A stretch of DNA of 32,000 bases, from NCBI GenBank assembly GCA_000002455.1, contig DQ158857.1, forward strand, positions 102,145 to 134,144. Direction: 5' to 3'. The notes beneath the pieces were generated by a model. It worked only from the letters and a program-made list of their open reading frames with translations. It did not search any database and was not told where the DNA came from. The DNA comes from Bigelowiella natans nucleomorph (lineage: Eukaryota > Protista > Cercozoa). Below are positions 22,654 to 32,000 of the stretch, in pieces. Numbering within the stretch: position 1 is the first letter of the stretch; every line of letters starts with the position of its first letter. The position numbers and the translations under genes were made by a program.

Positions 22654-22948
22654 AAATATTCTTGATACCTAATACTTATAATGATTGCACAAGATCATAT
22701 AAATAACTCCTTTGTTATAATTAGCGATCTGATTATACCTTAATTAGTATAACAGGAAATAAAAATTTGAAAGATCGACAAATCAAGGTAAAATATCTCT
22801 AACTTTAGATTTAAAGTTTTCTAACGAGTGCCAAAAACTACTCTTCAACTAATTATAAACTAAATCATCATTGGAATAAGAATCTAGTTATATTAAATAT
22901 AGTTGATAATAATATATAATAAAAATTGACCTAATAAATGATTATAAA

Positions 22949-23251
22949 ATGCCTCGTATACCGGATAAACTTGTTTATGAATTTGGTAAAAGACTTATAT
23001 GCCCAATTATAGGGTCTATAGCTGCCGGTATTGCAGCTTTGTATAAATACATAATATATGATGCGTATGATACCGCAAAAGAAAACAATAAAATTTTAAA
23101 GATAAATGATTATAAAGAAAAGAGAGAAACCCTGAATATTGTATGGGACTTCATCGTCGCAAACATCAATATGTTGATCACTATTGTATCTAGTTCCATA
23201 GGCTTATTCCTTGTCAGTATCTCATACATAAAGTTATATAGATATTTGTAA
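22949..23251 (+). CDS. Hypothetical 100-aa protein with two hydrophobic segments
   Basis: Intronless ATG-TAA ORF with hydrophobic stretches LICPIIGSIAAGIAALY and MLITIVSSSIGLFLVSISYI. Confidence 0.6.
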   Translation: MPRIPDKLVYEFGKRLICPIIGSIAAGIAALYKYIIYDAYDTAKENNKILKINDYKEKRETLNIVWDFIVANINMLITIVSSSIGLFLVSISYIKLYRYL

Positions 23252-23641
23252 CCATGGCTCTTCATACTACAAGACTCTTATGTAAGTCGATAATTACTTT
23301 ATCATATGTAACATTTAATTAAAAATTATATTATACACCTATATTTCTTGATACATGCACAGATAGCTCGCCCTTATATATACGCCGCTCCCTAGTATCT
23401 TACAAAAAAAACCCAAGCATGAAGGTACAAACTAGAGGACAAAACAAATCCTTATCAGATAAATACACAACACCTAAAGTTTCCATCCAGTATCGAAAAC
23501 GATATGATCCTTTATGAAAATAGACACCGTTTCGCCAGAAAATCAATTATAGGGTAATCCAACGACAAGATGAGGTTGCACTTGACACACCAGGCTTTCC
23601 AAAAAGATGCACGAAACAAACCCAAATGACCAAGAAGTTTT

Positions 23642-23914
23642 CTTAGCAAGGAAGAGATCGATCAGATCATTGAAGATGCCCAGAAGTATTCAGGTGAGGA
23701 TAAGGCCGAAAAGGAATTTGTCGAGATTAAAAATAACGCCGAGGCTCTCATTTACGAAGCTCAGAGGAAGCTACAAGAAGACAGCGAACTTGCAAAATCT
23801 GAGAAAGCTTCACAGATACAGTCTACCATCGATGCCCTGCGATCCGGTCTGAACAGTAAAGACAGGTCTGCCATAACCCAACTCATGAGTGAACTACAAA
23901 CTCTACTTCAATAA
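23642..23914 (+). pseudogene. dnaK: dnaK (plastid-type Hsp70) 3' fragment in the subtelomeric repeat
   Basis: Startless frame LSKEEIDQIIEDAQKYSGEDKAEKEFVEIKNNAEALIYEAQRKL...LLQ* matches the DnaK lid domain; an in-frame TGA lies just upstream. Partial dnaK copies are a known part of B. natans nucleomorph terminal repeats. Confidence 0.85.
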
Positions 23915-24639
23915 TAACCATGGCCTTACAGAAGGTCGCTCGCTATTATATTTGACAAGACTTTACTAATTAAAGCCTATAATTAACTTTTTTTTGTTTT
24001 AGGATTATTCACTTAATATTTACCTTACTCCCTTTTTCTAACCACCGTATAGAGATGAGTGCATGTACATTCAAAGAGCACCTTCAGACACGGTGGTAAA
24101 AAAACCTCAATGTTTCACATGACTCTTACTAGAACATACCTGGACGATCTGTGACCACAGGAGAAGCTATTTCTCTACAAGACGTAGGGGTGCACACCCC
24201 TACTCCTACTTTGCGTTTACAGGACTCCTCTGTCTCTCTTATCAACTGAAGTTTGGAGGTGCTTGATATAGAAATAGTCTCCTCCTTTTGGATGTATCTC
24301 AAGAAAGCCAAAGACATCTCAAAAAATGCTCCGAATCAAATTCAAGGAATGCAACCCAGGTTGGCTTATTAATCAAGGTAATTGAGATAGTGCATGACAT
24401 CAATGGGCGACTCTCTACAGATTCATCGAACGTTCAAGAGGACTGTTAAAAGTTGAGATACTCTAGTAGCGACGCAAATTTATGTAAGCGAGGCTGAAAT
24501 AACATCAAGAGATGCTAACCCAAGAGGATATATGATTAAAAGCCTTAAACGAGATAATGCCTGAAAGTAAGGTAACGAAAAGACTACAACTAAGAATAGT
24601 AAGAAGCAGAATTTTTGTATACTTGCATCCTTATTCCGG

Positions 24640-25035
24640 AGGACCTAGTGAACCGGGGGTAGGCCTGCACGGATCACGCGTTTGCACTCTCTCGCTTCCA
24701 GCACCCCGTTCCTCTTTAGCACGGTCGTCTACAGTGGGTCCTTGGCGGAGGTCTTGCCCCAGAATGATCTGAGGCTCGGGCGCGTCAGTTCTGTGCCCTC
24801 TAAGGGGTACATAAGGCCTTCTTCCTCCGCTTCGCGCAGAGGCTTGTCTTGGCCGGCCGCGTTCCTCTCGCCTGGCCGTGTCTCTGGCAAGGGTTCTGGC
24901 TTGAGAGGCTGTCAGCCATTACCCCACGGATGTAGCCTCGCGCCATCGACGGCTCCATCGAGCGCGTTACCAAGTATCCGATCGAACCGTTCCTCTCGTA
25001 CTAAGCTCCATTACCATCACACCGGCCCCTCACAA

Positions 25036-25090
<55 letters not shown>

Positions 25091-25125
25091 GTCTGTGGGT
25101 GAACAATCCAACGCTTTGTGAATCC

Positions 25126-25159
<34 letters not shown>

Positions 25160-25205
25160 AATCAAAAAGCAACGTCGCTATGAACGCTTGGCTGCCACAA
25201 ACCAA

Positions 25206-25236
<31 letters not shown>

Positions 25237-25648
25237 AGCTTCACACCCAGAAGGCTAAAGGATCGGTAGGCCATGCTTTCGCAGCTCAAGCTCCTACTGA
25301 GAGCCCGAATCAAGTCAGCTTCTACCCTTAACTACACCACACGAGAGTTCTGTCCTCGTTGAGCTGACCATAGGACACCCGCGTTGTCTTTTGACGGGTG
25401 TACCGCCCCAGCCGAACTCCCCACCTGGGGGTGTCTCTCGTGCGTAAGAAGCCAAGCAAGCGAGGAATCGCGCGGATCCTACACTTACTCGAGTATGCCT
25501 GCCGCGCACAAACCACGCCACGGGAGTGGGTCCATGCACGCTTACCATAACAAGATCAGCAGGACGATCTTGGGAGTGGTGGTATTTCAGTGACGCTCGG
25601 AAGCTCCCACCTATGCTACACCTCCTAAGTCGCCCAACAACCCCAGGA

Positions 25649-25683
<35 letters not shown>

Positions 25684-25690
25684 GTTTCTC

Positions 25691-25724
<34 letters not shown>

Positions 25725-25795
25725 GGGTAGGTAGGGACAGTAGGAATCTCGTTGCTCCATTCATGCACGTCACTAATTAGATGACGAGGCATTTA

Positions 25796-25836
<41 letters not shown>

Positions 25837-28195
25837 TGCTTCGTCGAATCTCTCCGTCTTGACAGTCTGAGCACTGGGCAGGATTCACATTGCGTCAACA
25901 TCCGCGGGGACCATCGCAATGCTGTGTTTTTAGTAGACAGTCGGATTCCCTTGGTCCGCGCCAGTTTCAATTGAGTCAACCTCCCCCAGGTATCAGTATC
26001 GTTCCTCGGTGACCCCTGACACGACACCCGCCACACAAAGACCGTCCATTAGTATACAGACACACATCCTTGGATCGGGGAGTTGCACCCGCTGTGGGAT
26101 GTGTATAGATCTCGTATTTTGTGTAGGCCGTCGGGTCTCCGCCACGCGAAACTTCACTGCGCACTTCCGCAGCGATACCCAGGGGGGTAACGATCGAAGC
26201 CAATCCTTATCCCGAAGTTACAGATCTAATTTGCCGAATTCCCTTACCTACCTTTCTCTATCGACTAGAGGCTGCTCACCTTGGAGACCTGATGCGGTTA
26301 TGGGTACGACCTTGGGAGGTGCATCCTTGTCGCTCCCTCGCATTTTCATGGGCCCGCCCTGATGCACCGGACCCCGTGTTTCGAACAGGGCTGTGCCGCT
26401 TGTGGAGCCCCTTCTCCAGTTGACCCTGCTCCAAGCCCCCACAAGCATCAAGAGGAGTAGAGACCTCCTCCCGGGATCAAGGCGAGCGTCTGCGAGCTCG
26501 CTTGCGTTGCCGCCTTCGGATCCCTCCAAGGTAAGGGAATATTAACCCTTTTCCCTTTCGATGAGGATGCTACGGCGCTACCCTAATCCTTAGGATCGAC
26601 TCACCCGCGGCCAAACGCTGTTCCCGCGGAACCCTTCTCCACTTCAGTCTTCAAAGTTCTCATTTGAATATTCGCTACTCCCACCAAGATCTGCACTAGG
26701 CGCCGCTCCACCGAGGCTTACGCCATGGCTTCGAAGCAACACCCACGCCCTCCTACCCGTGAGAGCAACGTTCGCGCTCACGGTCGAGTCTAAGTCACAC
26801 GCTTGAGCGTCATCCATTTTCGGGGCCTACTGGTTCGGCAGGTGAGTTGTAACACACTCCTTAGCGGATTTCGACTTCTATGACCACCGCCCCGCTGTCA
26901 GTATCAGCTGACACCCTTCCTGGGATCTAGGTGAGCGTGTAGTTGGACACTTTAACTCGACACTCGGTTCATCCCGCATCGCCAGCTCTGCTTACCAAAA
27001 CTGGCCCACTTGAGACTCTCGGTCGCGCTTACCCCTTCATCCAAGCAAGGAGGCGCCGTGCCAATTCAGAGTTTGAGAACGAGTCGAACATCTATCCACG
27101 CCCGTCACTCGTAATCAGTCGCTTTACTTGACACACCCGATCGAGTCTCAGCTATCCTGTGAGAAACTTCGGAGGGAACCAGCTACTAGGTGGTTCGATT
27201 GGTCTTTCGCCACTAGGCCCAGGTCAGAGAAGCGATTTGCACGTCAGCACTCCTTCGGGCCTCCACCAAGCGTTAGCCAGGCTTCGCCCTGCCCAGGCCT
27301 AGATCACCACCTTTCGGGTCCTGGGAGGCCTGCTCCACCGGATCGCTCAGACGCGAAGCTCTCAAACGCATGACTGCGCACTTCCGCAGCGAGCCCGGTA
27401 TGGCTATACCGGGATGCATCAGCGGTAATAAGGCTCCGCGTATAGGGCGACCGGTCAAGGTTGGACACATGGACCGTGCCTCAGTTCGGCATGGTCCATG
27501 TGTCCAACCCCTGGTCAGGTTTCTTACGCCCGTGTGGCTCGCCGCACACTGACTCGCAGACCTGCCAGACTCCTTGGTCCGTGTTTCAAGACGGGTCATC
27601 GGAGGATGTTGGATCGATCCTCGTGATCAGGTCATGCAGGACATGCCTGACTCTGTCTCTATCTACACAGCCCCTCATCGTGTCACGAGATTCGTTTCAG
27701 ATCCGTGTCGGACCTGTCTCGTGCGATGCGCGGCTGGGATCGATCAAAGGAACTGGCTTATAACCATCCCCACATCGCACCCCCAGATGCTTCCACCCTA
27801 ATGATTTCAGGTTCTCATTTCACTCCCCTTCCGGGGTGCTCTTTCATCTTTCCCTCGCGGTACTTGTTCGCTATCGGTCTCCCGGTTGTATTTAGCCTTG
27901 GATGGGGTCTACCACCCGCTTCAGGCTGCACTCTCAAGCAACCCGACTCTCAGGAATTGGTGGATCATCCGGGCCCTGGTAAAGGGTATTGGACCCAACC
28001 CGCGCGTGACTTACGAGACTCTCACTCTCTCTGGTGGGACATTCCAGTTCCTCTTCAGACACGTGCGGGTATAGGGTTTCCCTTTAGCTAGGAATACACC
28101 CATCGGATTCACCACTCCGTTTTCCTTTTACCCTACAATGCACTAGAACCTGGCCTCCCTTGGCTCAGGTTCAATGCGCTTCGTGGTTGGGCTAC

Positions 28196-28252
<57 letters not shown>

Positions 28253-28294
28253 ATGATATGCTTAAGTTCAGCGGGTTCTCCTGCTCGTGGGTAG
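24640..28294 (-). rRNA. LSU (28S) rRNA
   Basis: Reverse complements of ACCCGCTGAACTTAAGCATATC, GACCCGTCTTGAAACACGGACC, GTAACTATGACTCTCTTAAG, ACCACAGGGATAA and GAGCTGGGTTTAGACCGTCGTGAGACAG. Ends are approximate. Confidence 0.97.
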
Positions 28295-28458
28295 GACCTC
28301 ATGCGCTCGTGGGTCGTTCAGCGACCCACAGGAAACTAGCCTCTCCCCACCGCTAGGGTAGGGTCCGGTATTTGATCCGTCCTCAAGGAGATTTGGACTC
28401 ACTTTCGGATATCGGACACGGCGCTGCAGCACACTCGTGCCACAGCGATGGCAGCTCT

Positions 28459-28636
28459 TGTCACTACTCCAGGGCATGCTCAGCCTGCTACGGCTCCACT
28501 GCTGAGCGCCAGATGCGTTCGAAGATTCAATGATTCACGAGTCCGCGGAATCCTGGTCTATGCGCGTATCATCGCATGTCGCTTTCTGCTACGTTCTTCA
28601 TCGATACGGGAGCCTAGACATCCATCACTAGGGTTT
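28459..28636 (-). rRNA. 5.8S rRNA
   Basis: Minus strand has TCGATGAAGAACGTAGC and GTGAATCATTGAATCTTCGAACGCA; located between SSU and LSU. Ends are approximate. Confidence 0.93.
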
Positions 28637-28741
28637 CTTCGTTCACACTTGGTAGGTTCACCTGCCATGCGCCTGACTGTTTCTCTTTCGTCACGTGTTT
28701 CAACCTTGACTTACGCTCGCGCGCTGGGCTCGATTTAGAAG

Positions 28742-28754
28742 CGATGATCCTTCT

Positions 28755-28796
<42 letters not shown>

Positions 28797-28881
28797 TTAG
28801 ATACTGACGGATCGAGGGAGGTCTACAACGCGAGGGTGTTACCCTGGTCGATCTCTCGCTCTCTCCAGCCGATCCATTGGC

Positions 28882-28919
<38 letters not shown>

Positions 28920-30664
28920 TTCAGCACGAGCTGATGACTCGTGCTTACTAGGCATTCCTCGTTCAAGATCAACAATTGCAATGATCTATCCCTGGCAGGG
29001 TGCGGTTTACGAGGCGCGCCAAACCTCTCGGTTCAGCCCTCATCTCATTGCTCGCACCATTGTAGCGCGCGTGCAGCCCAGAACATCTAAGGGCATCACA
29101 GACCTGCTATCGCCTCATGCCTCCCTTGGTTTCCCACCAAGCGTCCTCCTAGGATGCTCATTTCGTAATGCTCGGTCCTGGCCCATACCCGGATTGCCTT
29201 CACCAAGCTACTCCCTTCGTGGATCTTGGTTGTACCCAAGTCTACACCGGATATTCAACGTACTGAGCTCGCTAGGAGTTGAGGTCTCGCTCGTTACCGG
29301 AATTAACCTGACAAGTCAACTCACGAACTAGAAACGGCCATGCACCACCTCCCATAGAATCAAGAAAGAGCTATCAATCTGTCAATCCTCCCTATGTACG
29401 GACCTGGTAAGTTTTCCTGCGTTGAGTCAAATTAAGCCGCAAGCTCCACGCCTTGTGGTGCCCTTCCGCCAATTCCTTTAAGTTTCAGCCTTGCGACCGT
29501 ACTCCCCCCGGAACCCGAAAGCTTGTGATTTCTCATAAGGTGCTGATGGAGCTATCGAGAAGAACGTCCACCAACCCCTAGTCGGTATCGTTTACGGCTA
29601 GGACTACACACGGTGCCTAATCGTGTTCGCTCCCCTAGCTTTCGTCCACTGATCAATGAAAACATACTGGACGGATGCTTTCGCTGTTGTTCGTCCTCCA
29701 TTGGTCACCGAATTTCACCTCTAGCAATGGAATACGACCGCCCCCGACTGCTCCTATTAATCCTTCCTCCGATCCCGAGCGCTAGCGCAATCCGGGTCGG
29801 AGTCCTTGCGTTGTTATTCCATGCTATTGTGCCTAGAGTACTCCGTACTTGCTATGAACACCACAATTTCGTCAAGGTAACATGGGGCGATATCTCCGCA
29901 GGGCTACACAAGCTACCCCTTGGGGATGGTCACCCCAGTAACTCCTAGCGTCAGACGCGTTACGAGCCTTTAATTCGACTACGGACGTTTTAACCGCAAC
30001 AACACTAATATATGCTATTGGAGCTGGTATTACCGCGGCTGCTGGCACCAGTCTTGCCCTCCAATCGGTCATCACCCAACGGTTTAGATTGGATGCATTC
30101 CCTATACAAGATCACGGATCTATACTAGGGTATGTTTCGTCACTACCTCCCTGCGTCAGGATTGGGTAAGTTGCGCGCCTGCTGCCTTCCTTAGAAGTGG
30201 TAGCCGTCTCTCAGGCTCCCTCTCCGGAATCGAACGCCAATTCCCCGTTACCCGTCATTTCTTTGGTAGGCCACTACCCTACCAACGTGCAAGATGATGG
30301 GGCAGAAATTTGATTGGAGCATCGTTAGCGTTGTTCAGCTATACTAGTAGCTAAACGGCCATACGATTCGACAGTTATTATGATTCAACACGATCTCTAC
30401 ACTCAGGCTATAACTTAAGGCTGAGTGTCGAGGCTAGCGTTTATAACTAATAAATACGCCCCTCCTAATCTCCTTGACGGATGAGTTGGGGAAATTCGCA
30501 CGTATTAGCCACAGAGTTACTACGGGTATCCGAGTAGTCCATACCACCAAATANATTATAACTGGTATAATGAGCCATTCGCAGTTCACCAGTGGTTTAC
30601 ACTTAGACATGCATGGCTTAATCTTGAAGACGAGCATATAACTACTGGCAGGATCCACCAGCTA
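28742..30664 (-). rRNA. SSU (18S) rRNA
   Basis: 5' CTGGTGGATCCTGCCAGT, GTGCCAGCAGCCGCGGTAA, TTGTACACACCGCCCGTC, and 3' GTAGGTGAACCTGCAGAAGGATCA. One ambiguous N at 30554. Confidence 0.98.
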
Positions 30665-31775
30665 TCAAGTCGCATCTCCGCAAAGCGGAAACTATTCGAG
30701 AGGCGCCGTACCGGCGCCTCTCTGGTACATCATCCGATGATGCAACCCGTAGAAAAAGATAATTCTACAGGATCAATATTCAAGCATGATCCATGCTCCC
30801 TCTCGAACCAAAGCCCGCATCGCGAAAACTCTCTTAGACCTCTTTGTAAACGCTGCCTCTGAGACTCGAAACGTGACCTAGTTAGAGAGTAGGAAACCAT
30901 TGTTTTGATTTGTTTAGTTGGGGTTTCTCCTGGGAACGCATACCACTGGACGACAAGCTCGCCAAACCGAAACTCTTCTCAGCGGGAAATAGCTCACGTA
31001 TATAACAAAAAGCTTGAGTGTGGGCTAACCGTTCTTAGATGGTGACAACCCTCAAGTTGTTGATGTGGGGCTTCCACAACGTAAGAAGAGAATCTGGGGA
31101 GACAAAACTCCAGTGTGTGCTTCCCTGTGCGGATACACAGCTTTGGACGTATTCGATCAGCCGAAGACCTTTCTAATTGAAGGTCTACTAAACGTATACC
31201 TGCCAAAACCATATCGCGCGTGTTAGTTATAATTGAGTCAAAATACTCTCGCTGTAGTATTTATAGGTCGTTGAACGTGTATTATCCTACAGGACTTCGT
31301 TCAGTATCTTACAGGGATGCCGCTAGGCGCATCCACGAACCGGTTGCGGTGTTTCGGTTCTTATCCGTGAATGTTTCCGGATGTCTAATTAAGCAACAAG
31401 AGTATCAATTGAGCGTGGAACGCTACACAGGCCCTAATCTAAGGGCTAGTATAAGGTCTGGAAGCGTCCGAATTCCAAGGTATGGGCAGGAACACCGCAT
31501 CATGGGCGAGTTTCTACCAAAAACCAGAATACCGCGCTGCATACGCCGCGTACAACCAGAAGGAACTAACTCCATGCCAAATGCTCACACAAAGAGACTA
31601 ACGAACATGTTAGTGTTATGCGTGCAAACCCAAACTGACGAGTTAGAAACTATCTGCATTAAAGGTAGACAAAATATAAAAGGATGCAGATTCTACAAGG
31701 TTTAAAATTTTAATTATGTCAAGTTTAAATATTTAAAAACTAGTAACAGAGCGGCGCAAACAAACCACCACACGC
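30665..31775 (-). other. rDNA 5' ETS, presumed Pol I promoter and subtelomeric spacer
   Basis: The only DNA between the SSU 5' end and the telomere; contains hairpins such as GAGAGGCGCC-GTACC-GGCGCCTCTC (~30698-30722). Confidence 0.7.
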
Positions 31776-32000
31776 AGGGTCTAGGGTCTAGGGTCTAGGG
31801 TCTAGGGTCTAGGGTCTAGGGTCTAGGGTCTAGGGTCTAGGGTCTAGGGTCTAGGGTCTAGGGTCTAGGGTCTAGGGTCTAGGGTCTAGGGTCTAGGGTC
31901 TAGGGTCTAGGGTCTAGGGTCTAGGGTCTAGGGTCTAGGGTCTAGGGTCTAGGGTCTAGGGTCTAGGGTCTAGGGTCTAGGGTCTAGGGTCTAGGGTCTA
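31776..32000 (+). repeat. Telomere, (TCTAGGG)n
   Basis: About 32 perfect heptamer copies running to the window end, G-rich strand towards the terminus. Confidence 0.99.

Noticed and set aside
22672-22732. ATACTTAT followed by a hairpin with a TTGCAC loop (U1-like or C/D-like)
   Set aside because: Lacks ACCTG, the spacing is wrong and the context is AT-rich; likely chance.
23607-23852. 81-aa ORF MHETNPNDQ...
   Set aside because: Alternative frame over the dnaK fragment, which explains the sequence.
27459-27509. Near-perfect 22-bp inverted repeat
   Set aside because: Inside an LSU variable region; an ordinary expansion-segment helix, not a mobile element.
24557-30658. Many 60-130 aa ORFs on both strands
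   Set aside because: They lie in or overlap the rRNA genes and are chance frames in GC-rich sequence.
30913-30936. TAGTTGGGGTTTCTCCTGGGAA resembling the 3' part of 5S rRNA
   Set aside because: No matching 5' half or terminal helix nearby.
31776-32000. Tandem repeat as a CRISPR array or satellite
   Set aside because: No spacers; it is a terminal G-rich heptamer typical of a telomere.

Overview
This is the right-hand end of a chlorarachniophyte nucleomorph chromosome, most likely Bigelowiella natans. The identification rests on (TCTAGGG)n telomere repeats, a subtelomeric rDNA cistron with a dnaK 3' fragment, and ubiquitous 18-21 nt GT-AG introns. Positions 1 to ~23.3 kb are very AT-rich and gene-dense, and the ORF track is fragmented by micro-introns. 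After manual splicing the region holds: clpC, a DEAH-box helicase, nip7, a miniature cwc15, a WD40 protein, truncated slu7, tRNA-His, a 3-intron ORFan, rad51, RING-less cwc24, an RPB11/AC19-family subunit, rpb2, cdc5/cef1, rpl34, prp45/SNW1, a shortened U2 snRNA, an Fcf2-like ORF, nop58/56, ran and a small membrane ORFan. From ~23.4 kb to 32 kb lies the more GC-rich terminal repeat: dnaK fragment, LSU-5.8S-SSU rRNA on the minus strand (transcribed away from the telomere), spacer and telomere. The most interesting system is a cluster of drastically miniaturised spliceosome parts serving ~19-nt introns. All gene calls come from motif recognition by eye; no database searches were run.
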